Positions 26,787 to 35,064 of a stretch of 35,064 nt of DNA are shown in pieces. The stretch is taken from contig JAUWJG010000001.1 in assembly GCA_030607815.1 (NCBI GenBank), positions 1 through 35,064 on the forward strand, given 5' to 3'. The notes under the pieces are model-generated. The model was given only the letters and a program-made list of their open reading frames with translations. It had not been told where the DNA came from and did no database searches. Source of the stretch: Candidatus Bathyarchaeota archaeon (GTDB lineage: Archaea > Thermoproteota > Bathyarchaeia > RBG-16-48-13 > GCA-020355125). Position numbers and translations under genes: made by a program. The first letter of the stretch is position 1; each line of letters begins with the position of its first letter.

Positions 26787-27216
26787 GATATATAATATTT
26801 TCCAAGAAGAATTACTTTTATGTTCATGATTTTATAACCGGAATCATAGTATGTAGCATCAAGTCTGATAAAATTCAGATTTTCATCGCAGGTGTTTTAA
26901 ACTTCTCTGGCAATAAGCAAATAACCAAATACTGTCTTGGGAATGTCTATAACTGAGAATCTAGACTTGAGCTATTGGATAAGCAACTACCTAACCCTCG
27001 GTTGTAGAATTAGCACAATTGTTAAAAGTAGTATAATAACGAAAAAGTTTCGTATTTTAATAATTTGCGTTCCTCGACTGTTTCATTTAAGTTAATTCGA
27101 TATATGTGATATTTAGGATCTAATTGTCCACAATTTTATTTAAGATTCATTAAACTAATTTATCTACATTAACTATTCGAAATATTTATAAAAAACTATA
27201 GTGTACGAAGGAAGTT

Positions 27217-27366
27217 ATGCCCAGAAGAAAATATAGAAGCTTAATTCTTCCCGAAGGACTATACAAAGAACTTGAAAAATACATTGAACAAACAAATGGA
27301 ATGTACGTAACCATCTCAGAAGTTGTAAGAGAAGCATTAAGAGAATACCTTAAAAATCATTCTTAA
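27217..27366 (+). CDS. Ribbon-helix-helix (CopG/Arc/MetJ-like) small DNA-binding protein, 49 aa (below the ORF-track cutoff)
   Basis: Manual translation gives MPRRKYRSLILPEGLYKELEKYIEQTNGMYVTISEVVREALREYLKNHS. This fits a basic N-terminal beta-strand (SLILPEGL) followed by two helices ending in the typical EVVREALREYL. Confidence 0.55.
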   Translation: MPRRKYRSLILPEGLYKELEKYIEQTNGMYVTISEVVREALREYLKNHS

Positions 27367-27773
27367 TCCAACATCAACCCAAATCTCTAATGAATCAAAG
27401 TAATTAGAAAAAAGGGAGATATGGGAAAGTTGAAAGTGTATTTATCATTTGATGGTTGTCACAATCAAAATCTCAGCCTCATGTGCATTCCTTATACTCC
27501 AATCTATTAATTGTCAGTTTTGAGATTAAATTTTTTTACAATGAATCCAGATATATCTGTTTTGAGTATTTGTTTTCTCGTCGATTGACTCGGCAAGATA
27601 TTCCTCTAAAAGCTATGGTCAGTACCATGCCCTAAAGTTTCGTAAGTTAATATTCATCTTTAATTATTTTATTATTAATTTCTCTGCATTATCATAACAT
27701 CATTATTTTTAAATTAAGTATTTTTTTAGTAACGTTAACATTCAGTTAATGAATCATAACTTTGAATTAAAAT

Positions 27774-27890
27774 TGGCGCCGGGGACGGGATTTTCATCCC
27801 AAGAGGTTCCTCTTAGAACTTTGAACCCGTGAGACCCGAAAGGTCACAGACTTAGCAGGCCTGCTCCATACCAGGCTAGGATACCCCGGC
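27774..27890 (-). tRNA. tRNA-Ser (anticodon GCU) with a 29-nt intron in the T-loop and an encoded 3' CCA
   Basis: Manual fold of the reverse complement: acceptor GCCGGGG/CCCCGGC; D arm TCCT-AGCCTGGTA-TGGA; anticodon stem CAGGC/GTCTG with loop CTGCTAA; long variable arm GACCT-TTC-GGGTC; T stem ACGGG/CCCGT; discriminator G; CCA. After intron removal the T-loop is TTCAAAT. Confidence 0.9.
27791..27819 (-). other. tRNA intron at non-canonical position 59/60, in a strict hBHBh' motif
   Basis: 5' ACGGG-TTCA-[AAG]-TTCTAAGAG-GAAC-CTCTTGGGA-TGAA-[AAT]-CCCGT 3'. The outer helix is the T stem. The central 4-bp helix is TTCA/TGAA. Two 3-nt bulges lie on opposite strands. The inner helix is 9 bp with a GAAC loop. 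Cleavage after the 2nd bulge nucleotide on each side gives TTCAAA|T. Confidence 0.8.
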
Positions 27891-28137
27891 TTTAATAAAG
27901 ACAATTGAATAATCTTCAATAATTTAAAACTTTCCAGTCTATTCCGTTACAAGGAAGAGTTAGAAAGATAAAGATGTATAATAAACTACGATAGTTATTA
28001 GGAGAATAATAAATATACTTAAAAATAGATAATCAATAGTTCAGTTTTTCTGCTTAGTTATATTTAATCAAGGGATCTGAAATAACTTGCTAAACTTTTA
28101 AACGCAAGTAACATATCTATAAGGTTTGTGCAAAATC

Positions 28138-28143
28138 TTTATA
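28138..28143 (+). promoter_or_regulatory. Candidate TATA box for the SRP RNA gene
   Basis: TTTATA is centred about 26 nt upstream of the first base of the terminal SRP RNA helix (28167). AT-rich background makes chance matches common. Confidence 0.35.
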
Positions 28144-28166
28144 GAAGTTGCAACCATTACATATAA

Positions 28167-28495
28167 TGAGTGGTGGATCTAAGTGGGAACTAGGGGTTCC
28201 CTAAGGAGAAATCCTGACCGCAAACCCCCTATACGGCGGACAATGCTGAAGTGAGGCGCTTAGGCTCCTCTCAACCTTTAATGTATCTACAATGAATACC
28301 TGTCCTCTAGGGCTGACGGTTATGGAATAGTCTCTTCGCAGGGATTATTTCCATATTTGCTGAGTGAATCTGGCCAGGCTCGGAAGAGAGCAACCTAAAC
28401 TCAGACGATCAGCGCTTAGGGGGTCGCGGGTATGAGCATGGTTGTTAATGGTTCGTGGAAAACCGGACGTCGATCTTCAGTGGTCCATCGCTCAC
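28167..28495 (+). ncRNA. Signal recognition particle RNA (archaeal 7S RNA)
   Basis: A GC-rich island in AT-rich DNA. The helix-8 signature CCAGGCTCGGAAGAGAGCAACC (28374-28395) carries a GGAA tetraloop and AGCA loop motif. A 13-bp terminal helix pairs 28167-28179 (TGAGTGGTGGATC) with 28482-28494 (GGTCCATCGCTCA). The ends are approximate. Confidence 0.85.
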
Positions 28496-28629
28496 CTGAG
28501 TTGTTATAATATTAAGAAAGATGATACTTTTATCTAAACAATTCTTGAGTTTGAACATAGATGAACTGATTTATAAATTGGTACACCTCGAAATGTATTA
28601 AATAATTTTAGAATTAAACGTGAGAAAAA

Positions 28630-29418
28630 ATGAAAATTGCAGTATCAGGTAAAGGAGGAACTGGAAAGACAACAATATCAGCATTATTAGCACGTACATT
28701 CTTGCAAAAAGGATTTAAAGTTTTAGCTATTGATGCAGATCCTAATACCACACTAGCTTTTAGTTTAGGGATAACTCCTGAAGAAGCGGATAAGATAAGT
28801 CCGATCTCAGAAAACTTGAACTTAATCGAAGAAAAAACAGGAGTAAAACCAGGTTCTTATGGGTCTCTCTTTCGTCTTTCTTTCAGAGTTGATGATATTG
28901 TTCAGAAGTTTAGTGTTGAGTCCCCAGTGGGTGTTCCGCTCCTCATTATGGGCGCTGTTAAGTCTGCTGGACAGGGATGTATGTGTCCAGCTAACACTCT
29001 AATTAGAGCATTACTTCGACATCTTCTGACAAAGCATAAAGAGATGGTTGTAGTAGACATGGTCGCGGGAGTTGAACATTTAGGTCGGGGTACAGTCAAG
29101 TATATTGATGTAATGTTAATAGTTTGTGAACCTAACTTAAAATCTCTAGAGACTGCAAAAAGAATTTTTAGGCTTTCTAATGAGATGGGGCTTAGAAATA
29201 TCTTTACTATTGGTAATAAAGTGAGTGATGATTTCGATGAAAAGATGATTAAACAATATTTTAAAAAGAATAAGATTCCTTTACTCGGATTCATCCCTTA
29301 TGATGAAGTAATTAAAAGAACAGACGCAATAGGTCGGACGGTAATAGATATTTCTAATCCAACACCTGGTGTAAAAAGCATTATTAGAATAGGTGAACGA
29401 TTACTAAATAAAACGTGA
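28630..29418 (+). CDS. CooC-type MinD/ParA-superfamily P-loop ATPase (Ni-insertion accessory-like)
   Basis: 262 aa with the deviant Walker A SGKGGTGKTT, AIDADPN, a CxC motif GQGCMCPAN, and Walker B VVVDMVAGVEH. Confidence 0.7.
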   Translation: MKIAVSGKGGTGKTTISALLARTFLQKGFKVLAIDADPNTTLAFSLGITPEEADKISPISENLNLIEEKTGVKPGSYGSLFRLSFRVDDIVQKFSVESPVGVPLLIMGAVKSAGQGCMCPANTLIRALLRHLLTKHKEMVVVDMVAGVEHLGRGTVKYIDVMLIVCEPNLKSLETAKRIFRLSNEMGLRNIFTIGNKVSDDFDEKMIKQYFKKNKIPLLGFIPYDEVIKRTDAIGRTVIDISNPTPGVKSIIRIGERLLNKT

Positions 29419-30074
29419 TAAGAGACATACATTCATCCAAATCCCTTTTTATTTCAAGCCTCCTCTGAGTAATTGAGTTATGTCGATGAAGATTAATAAT
29501 GTACTAAATTAACCAATACTAAATCTTAAATGAATCAAATTATATTATATCCTCAATATTAACGTAGTAGAACAGTTATTCTATAAAATATCACATACAA
29601 AGTGAATAGAATACTATTACCAAAACTGTTAAGTCGATATTCAATTGTAGAATCTAGAAAATTGTCAAGAATTCAAGAAACCCAATGTAAATGAAAAGAA
29701 TTGTAGCAATAAAAATAAGGAAAAACATGGTCAACTACAGTTTTTTTACCAAATCAAAACTAATTTATCCTTGAAAATCTATTAAAAAAATAAAAATTAG
29801 TACACGATAGTTTTAAAAGATCAATCCAGTAAAGAGTGTTTACATTAATCGGATATTATACAGTGTAGTTGATCTAATAAAAACTTCTGAATTACATAAA
29901 TATTAAAAAACTACTATTCAAATTATCTAATGAAAACATAAAAATAACACGAATAAGATAAAAAAAATCTTTTTCATAAAAAACAACTTATAAATCAGAA
30001 AAAAATATAATCGTTGAGACTAACATATTATTTTTTATCAAATATATCGTTAAAAGAAAACATGGGTAAAAAAA

Positions 30075-32726
30075 ATGACTATTCAACCTTTAGAAAGATT
30101 CACGGATATGAAATTTAAACCGATCAAGACATATAACCTAAACGATAAAAATGAATCATATAAACCCATAAAACGAATAGAGAAAAAACCATTTTTAGAA
30201 ACAGACCAGTCGGAAAATATAGCTAAAGCATATGTAATATCCGCAAACTATGATGGGAAAAAACGGGTAGCATACCTAAAATTATATTCTACAAAGAGAA
30301 AGAAGATTTATTTCTGGTATGACAATACTAATCATCTACCCTACTGCTTATCAGATCTCTCAAAGACTGCACTTGAAAATATCAACCCTCTTAAGAATCA
30401 CCCTGGGTTGACACGGATAGAAACCGTGAAAAAATATGATCTACTTAAAGATAAAGAAGTTACAATGTCTAAGATCATCGCAAAAGACCCACTAAGTATT
30501 GGAGGAAGATCAAGTAGAGCAATACGTGAAATCCTGCCAAAAACTTGGGAAGCAAACATTAGATACTACAACGGTTACATCTATGATAAACAACTTCTTA
30601 TGGGTATGCCCTATAAAGTTAAGGCAGGAAAATTAAATAACATTGATTACGTTCCTCCTGAAGATGTTCTTCGAAATATTCAATCCATTTTCAAAGATGA
30701 ACATGAAAATTTTAAAAAGTATATTGCGCATTGGATTAAACTTCTTCAATGTCCAGTACCAGACATACAAAGACTTGCGTTAGATATCGAGGTTTTTTCT
30801 CCTAAAGAGGATAGAATTCCAGATCCTAATTTGGCAAATAACCCAATAATAGCAACGTCCTTCATAGATACAGAAGGTAATAAGAGAGTTCTAGTGCTAA
30901 AAAATAAAGAAGATATTAACAAAGAAGTTGAGACTGGCCTTTCCGATGTGAAAGTAGAATATTATGATAAAGAAGTGGAACTCATAGAAGAAATATTTAA
31001 AGTTCTACGAATATATCCCCTTATCTTAACTTTCAACGGTGATGACTTTGATCTACGTTATATTTACCACCGGGCTGAAAATCTAGGCTTTCAAAAAAAT
31101 GAGATTCCAATAATTCTAGGATCAAGGTTTGCCTTGTTAAAGTATGGTATACATATTGACCTTTACAGGTTCTTCTTTAATAGATCAATACAAAACTACG
31201 CCTTTAGTAGAAAATATACTGAGTTCTCTCTAAATGCTATAGCTATAGCACTTTTAGGATCTGGAAAAATTCCATTAAAGTCTCCTATATCGAAATTAAC
31301 ATACTCAGAACTTGTTAAATACTGCTTAATGGACTCAGAATTAACTCTTAAATTAACGACTTTTAGCGATAATTTAGTGATGAAGCTCATCTTTATTCTT
31401 ATGCGGATCACAAAATTACCTATGGAAGATTTGACAAGACAAGGAGTTTCTAATTGGATAAAAAATATAATGTATTTTGAACATCGACGTTTGAATTATC
31501 TTATTCCTAGATCAGAAGATATTCTATCCGCTAAGGGTAATGCAGCTTCTACTGCATTGATTAAAGGAAAGAAGTATAAAGGAGCGGCAGTCGTTAACCC
31601 CACACCAGGTGTACACTTCAATGTCACAGTTGTAGATTTTGCATCGTTGTATCCCAGCATAATTAAAGTTCGTAACATTTCATACGAAACAGTTCTTTGT
31701 ACGCATCATGAATGTCGTAACAATAAGATTCCTGACTTACCACATTGGATTTGTCATGTAAGGAAGGGTTTATCAAGTCAAATTATTGGATCTCTCCGAG
31801 ACATGCGTGTTAAATGGTATAAGACAAAAGCAAAAGATCAATCGTTACCCGAATCTCTTCGTAACTTCTACAACGTCGTTCAGCTCACCCTGAAAGTTCT
31901 TTTAAATGCATCTTACGGGGTAATGGGTTCTGAAAATTTCAGTTTATATTGTCCCCCAGTTGCAGAGGCTGTTACAGCTTATGGAAGAGATGCGATGAAA
32001 AAAACAGTTGATATGGCTCAGTCTCTTGGGGTTAAGGTTTTATACGGTGATACAGATAGCTTATTCCTTAAATCACCTACACCGGAACAAATTAATGATT
32101 TGATTAAGTGGTCCAATGAAAAGCTTCAGATGGAACTTGAAATAGAAAAGGAATATCGATATTCTGTTTTAACGAAACTAAAGAAGAATTATCTGGGGAT
32201 ATATCAAGATGGTACTGTCGATATTAAAGGATTAATTGGTAAAAAAAGACACACACCTAAATTCTTGAAAGACGCTTTTATGAAAATGATTAAGATTCTT
32301 GGAGATGTACAATCATCAAAGGACATTGAGAAAGCTAAAAAGAGCATTAGAAATATTGTTCATGATTGCTATAGTAAATTGATGAATAGGGAATACACTC
32401 TCGATTATTTGACTGTAAATATAACGATCAGTAAACCGCTTAATAAATATATAAAAACAACACCTCAACATGTTAAAGCTGCAAAGCTTCTAATTAAAGC
32501 GGGATATGATGTTAAACAGGGACAAATCATTCGTTTTATTAAAACCATAGATGATATTGGAGTTAAACCTCTTCAATTAGCTGATCGTGAATTAAAGGAT
32601 ATAGATCTAAAGAAATATGTGGAGCATTTGAAGTCGACTTTTGATCAAGTCTTGGATGCTTTAGGAATAAGCTTTAATGATATCTTAGGAATCTCAAAAC
32701 TTGATTCCTTTCTGTGGGGTTCATAA
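30075..32726 (+). CDS. polB: Family B DNA polymerase
   Basis: 883 aa. Exo I LALDIEV, Exo II FNGDDFDLRY, Exo III YCLMDSELT. Pol A VVDFASLYPSII, Pol B KVLLNASYGVMG, Pol C YGDTDSLF. No intein-like insertion is evident. Confidence 0.95.
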   Translation: MTIQPLERFTDMKFKPIKTYNLNDKNESYKPIKRIEKKPFLETDQSENIAKAYVISANYDGKKRVAYLKLYSTKRKKIYFWYDNTNHLPYCLSDLSKTALENINPLKNHPGLTRIETVKKYDLLKDKEVTMSKIIAKDPLSIGGRSSRAIREILPKTWEANIRYYNGYIYDKQLLMGMPYKVKAGKLNNIDYVPPEDVLRNIQSIFKDEHENFKKYIAHWIKLLQCPVPDIQRLALDIEVFSPKEDRIPDPNLANNPIIATSFIDTEGNKRVLVLKNKEDINKEVETGLSDVKVEYYDKEVELIEEIFKVLRIYPLILTFNGDDFDLRYIYHRAENLGFQKNEIPIILGSRFALLKYGIHIDLYRFFFNRSIQNYAFSRKYTEFSLNAIAIALLGSGKIPLKSPISKLTYSELVKYCLMDSELTLKLTTFSDNLVMKLIFILMRITKLPMEDLTRQGVSNWIKNIMYFEHRRLNYLIPRSEDILSAKGNAASTALIKGKKYKGAAVVNPTPGVHFNVTVVDFASLYPSIIKVRNISYETVLCTHHECRNNKIPDLPHWICHVRKGLSSQIIGSLRDMRVKWYKTKAKDQSLPESLRNFYNVVQLTLKVLLNASYGVMGSENFSLYCPPVAEAVTAYGRDAMKKTVDMAQSLGVKVLYGDTDSLFLKSPTPEQINDLIKWSNEKLQMELEIEKEYRYSVLTKLKKNYLGIYQDGTVDIKGLIGKKRHTPKFLKDAFMKMIKILGDVQSSKDIEKAKKSIRNIVHDCYSKLMNREYTLDYLTVNITISKPLNKYIKTTPQHVKAAKLLIKAGYDVKQGQIIRFIKTIDDIGVKPLQLADRELKDIDLKKYVEHLKSTFDQVLDALGISFNDILGISKLDSFLWGS

Positions 32727-32784
32727 AATACAATGAAAAAGACTATTTAGAATGAATAGAACATATGTTTAATGGGTTGGACCT

Positions 32785-33249
32785 TTGAATAACACATCTC
32801 CTCATTTTTCAGATGATCTTGATCTCAGAATCCTCGCCATTCTAAATGAAGACGCTCGTATGAGTTACAGAGAAATAGCAAAAAAATTGGATATAGCATC
32901 TGGAACTGTATATAATAGAATTAAAAAAATGACTGATAATGGAATTATTAAAGGATATATCCCTCTCTTAGATCACAGAAAATTAGGGTATGATTTAACA
33001 GTTCTTATTCTCATTCAAGTTGAGGGGGAATATCTTACTAAAGTTGAAAAGATGCTCGCAACACCTAAGGAGGTTCTTGCCGTTTACGACATTACAGGAG
33101 AATTTGATGTAGCCGTAATTGCAAGGTTTAAGAATACAAAATCTATGAACAACTTCATAAAAAGTACCTTAAAAATATCTTACATTCGTAGAACAGTAAC
33201 TAATGTTGTTCTAAACATCGTTAAGGAGGATCAGAGATTAAAGATTTAA
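32785..33249 (+). CDS. Lrp/AsnC family transcriptional regulator (HTH plus RAM domain)
   Basis: 154 aa with DLDLRILAILNEDARMSYREIAKKLDIASGTVYNRIKKM (wHTH) followed by LVLILIQVEG..VYDITGEFDVAVIARF. TTG start. Confidence 0.85.
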   Translation: MNNTSPHFSDDLDLRILAILNEDARMSYREIAKKLDIASGTVYNRIKKMTDNGIIKGYIPLLDHRKLGYDLTVLILIQVEGEYLTKVEKMLATPKEVLAVYDITGEFDVAVIARFKNTKSMNNFIKSTLKISYIRRTVTNVVLNIVKEDQRLKI

Positions 33250-33385
33250 CGAGTTAGAACTCAGGCAAAGAATGAACCTTCTTAAAAAAGTTTTTTTTTT
33301 CGAATAGTAGGTTATAAGCGGTAACCACTAGCCTTTTTAAGCTTCATTTGTTAGTAAGAACTAAGTAAAATAATAAATATTAACT

Positions 33386-34057
33386 GTGGCAAAATTCATG
33401 ACATTTCCCAGAGAGAAAGAAGGATATATCCTAAGAACAGTTCACGCAATTTGCCAAGATCATATCAGAAGAGTTGTAGATACTGTTAGGGAATTAACAA
33501 ATATGGTTTTCGACCTATCGGAAGGAAACTTGAAAAATATGGAAGACCATTTCGCTGAAATCAAAAAATTAAAAACTGAAGCATCTGAACATCGACAAAC
33601 ACTTTTAAATGAACTTGCTGAAGTGGGAATGTTACTTCTAAACCGAGAAGATTTCCTTAGACTTGCAGTTCAATTGGGAGAAATAGTAGATTATTGTGAG
33701 GGAGCTGCCTATAGAATCAACTATATCGTCTCCAAAAAGCTAAATCTCGATAATACAATTAAAACTGGTCTCTTTAATCTTAGTAAAAATGTTTTAAAAA
33801 CAGTAACAAATCTTAGGGAAGCAATTTTTTCCTTAAATTATGGAAGTTCAAGGATAATAAATATGGCTAAAAATGTTGAGATCGCTGAATACATTGTCGA
33901 TGAAATATTCAGAGAGATAGAAGTAAAGATAATAGATGCTAAACTGGAACTTGGAACAACCCTAATTCTGCGAGATTTAGTGAATTTCTTGGAAGATATC
34001 GCAGATAAAGCAGAAGACGCCTCAGATTCAACTAGAATTCTAGCTCTGGGAGCTTAA
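33386..34057 (+). CDS. DUF47 / PhoU-related family protein
   Basis: 223 aa, helical. It shows a pattern typical of DUF47: ..AEIKKLKTEASEHRQTLLNEL....LNREDFLRLAVQLGEIVDYCEGAAYRI.. and a C-terminal LEDIADKAEDASD. GTG start. Confidence 0.6.
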   Translation: MAKFMTFPREKEGYILRTVHAICQDHIRRVVDTVRELTNMVFDLSEGNLKNMEDHFAEIKKLKTEASEHRQTLLNELAEVGMLLLNREDFLRLAVQLGEIVDYCEGAAYRINYIVSKKLNLDNTIKTGLFNLSKNVLKTVTNLREAIFSLNYGSSRIINMAKNVEIAEYIVDEIFREIEVKIIDAKLELGTTLILRDLVNFLEDIADKAEDASDSTRILALGA

Positions 34058-34059
34058 AA

Positions 34060-34623
34060 ATGGCCAATTCACCACAATTCAACGCCGAATTAATAGGAAA
34101 AAGATTAATAGTTTGGGACTATAAACAAGCTTCGGGACTTTATAAACTTGGGTTCTATGGTAAACCTGTTGGTATAGCAAAACCTAAGTCTGCAGAGTTT
34201 GAAACACCACTCATCGTCGATCTTATTGAAGGATTTTATCTTCTTGAAAAAAAAATAATAAAGATCCACAAAGGACCTAAAAAGAGAAGAATCGGAGTAA
34301 AACGGTTTCAAAAATATGCTGAGAAAACGTATCGAAGATTTAATCTGAATTATTTAGTTTATAAAAAACTTCGAAATCGCGGCTATGTTGTCCTTCCAGG
34401 GATAAAATTCGGTTGTGAATTCGCGGTCTATGAGAGAGGGCCCGGTATAGATCATGCACCATATATGATCTCTGTTAGAGCAGCAGGAGATACAATCACA
34501 TCAACAGAGATAGTTAGAGCAGGCAGATTAGCTACTTCAGTTAGAAAAAGATTCATTATTGCAATCCCAAATCTTATGACAGAAACAGTTCATTATCTCA
34601 TGTTTAAATGGTTTAAAGCATAA
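34060..34623 (+). CDS. endA: tRNA-splicing endonuclease (single-unit, 187 aa)
   Basis: LSLIE-like N-domain (DLIEGFYLLEKK). Catalytic C-domain YLVYKKLRNRGYVVLPGIKFGCEFAVYERG..DHAPYMISV..RLATSVRKRFIIAI with Tyr/His/Lys contexts. ATG lies 2 nt after the DUF47 stop. Confidence 0.85.
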   Translation: MANSPQFNAELIGKRLIVWDYKQASGLYKLGFYGKPVGIAKPKSAEFETPLIVDLIEGFYLLEKKIIKIHKGPKKRRIGVKRFQKYAEKTYRRFNLNYLVYKKLRNRGYVVLPGIKFGCEFAVYERGPGIDHAPYMISVRAAGDTITSTEIVRAGRLATSVRKRFIIAIPNLMTETVHYLMFKWFKA

Positions 34624-34767
34624 TTTATTGAAATAGTATTGTTAATCGATTTTCATTATTTGAAAAAATTAAGGAGTTCATTAAATTACGCCAAATATAT
34701 GTATGAATAGTATTAGATTATTCGATAATTAATTTTTTCATATGAAAAAAGGAGATTAAATTCCATA

Positions 34768-35064
34768 TTGTATTTTATCGTGTGTGAGAAAATACATAAT
34801 GTTTGGTATGGTATCGCACTCGATGATGAAAAACGAATAGTTATATCTTATTTCTCTGTTAACGATAGAAGCGATGTTATAGCAAGTATTATAGAATATT
34901 TACCGAATGACTCTGAATTTTTAGAGATCAAACGTGATAAATTTGCGTTCAACATTCTCAAAACAATGAGTCAGATTTATGAAGGAAAATCTAGCAAATA
35001 TGATTTTATGTTAGCCTTAGATAACTTATCCCTTTTCACTCGGAGAGTACTGTTTTTAACTTCA
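34768..35064 (+). CDS. O6-alkylguanine-DNA alkyltransferase (Ogt/MGMT)-like protein, partial: N-terminal domain only, running off the window
   Basis: Open frame to the window end. (M)YFIVCEKIHNVWYGIALDDEKRIVISYFS...MSQIYEGKSSKYDFMLALDNLSLFTRRVLFLTS fits the Ogt pattern yfeGk...l.l..s.F...V just before the IPxG/PCHRV region. The active site is not in the window. TTG start, uncertain. Confidence 0.5.
   Translation, partial: MYFIVCEKIHNVWYGIALDDEKRIVISYFSVNDRSDVIASIIEYLPNDSEFLEIKRDKFAFNILKTMSQIYEGKSSKYDFMLALDNLSLFTRRVLFLTS

Noticed and set aside
27367-27773. An integrated element or toxin-antitoxin remnant between the RHH gene and the 3' end of tRNA-Ser. This includes a 29-codon ORF at about 27421 (MGKLKVYLSFDGCHNQNLSLMCIPYTPIY).
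   Set aside because: No direct repeat of the tRNA 3' segment (TGGCGCCGGGGACGGGA or part of it) was found nearby. There is no integrase. The small ORFs are too short and lack motifs (no PIN, RelE or ParE signatures).
29731-29872. A 9-bp inverted repeat TCAACTACA (29731-29739) / TGTAGTTGA (29864-29872) upstream of polB, considered as an origin or operator element.
   Set aside because: Matches of this length are expected by chance in a ~650-bp tract of such biased composition. There is no resemblance to known ORB elements and no third copy with the full 9-mer.
1008-34311. Many ORF-track entries lie antisense to, or nested in, long well-supported genes. Examples: 1008-1190(-), 1308-1610(+), 2359-2595(+), 2535-2915(+), 3734-4426(+), 4604-4789(+), 5680-6300(+), 8541-8873(-), 9013-9195(-), 10636-10875(-), 11734-12090(-), 13533-13857(-), 14459-14995(-), 15188-15571(-), 17865-18942(+), 19189-19967(+), 20564-20866(+), 21440-22037(+), 22991-23194(-), 23842-24120(-), 25629-25907(-), 26237-26827(-), 28902-29294(-), 31196-31678(-), 34105-34311(-).
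   Set aside because: Their translations are low-complexity, Ser/Ile/Phe/Leu-rich and free of motifs. Each is fully shadowed by a gene with strong family signatures on the opposite strand or in another frame. These are typical spurious shadow ORFs.
1-35064. CRISPR arrays, transposases or IS elements, inteins in polB, and recognisable defence genes (restriction-modification, Cas, abortive-infection ATPases and similar).
   Set aside because: No regularly spaced direct repeats, no terminal inverted repeats flanking an ORF and no intein blocks were seen. No such protein motifs appear in any of the translated ORFs.

Overview
AT-rich archaeal chromosomal segment. The archaeal hallmarks are a family-B DNA polymerase, an EndA tRNA-splicing endonuclease, Lrp/AsnC regulators, an archaeal-type SRP (7S) RNA and a tRNA with a bulge-helix-bulge intron. 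Many genes have GGAGG/GGGGA-type Shine-Dalgarno motifs and TTG/GTG starts. All calls rest on motif recognition in the supplied translations and on manual folding; no database search was run.

Bases 1-22.3 kb form a dense acyl-CoA/fatty-acid catabolic supercluster:
- a frameshifted acyl-CoA ligase;
- an etfB-etfA-thiolase-DUF35 operon;
- a stand-alone RAM-domain protein;
- a large HdrA fused to an MvhD-like tail, with a divergently transcribed soluble HdrD-like CCG/Fe-S protein;
- a long-form HMG-CoA synthase;
- an SDR + MDR dehydrogenase + E1alpha/E1beta/E2 (acetoin/2-oxoacid dehydrogenase-like) operon with no E3;
- a decayed luciferase-like oxidoreductase;
- a complete beta-oxidation operon (ACAD, enoyl-CoA hydratase, 3-hydroxyacyl-CoA dehydrogenase, thiolase, DUF35).

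Bases 22.5-35 kb are housekeeping: argS, sucCD, a small RHH protein, tRNA-Ser(GCU), SRP RNA, a CooC-like ATPase, polB, lrp, a DUF47 protein, endA and a partial Ogt-like gene.

No CRISPR array, transposase or recognisable defence gene was seen. The best candidate for an undescribed system is the membrane-free ETF / HdrA(MvhD-like, cysteine-less) / HdrD-like electron-transfer module embedded in the beta-oxidation genes. The tRNA-Ser intron at position 59/60, with a perfect hBHBh' motif, and two multi-lesion pseudogenes are the other clear sequence-level oddities.
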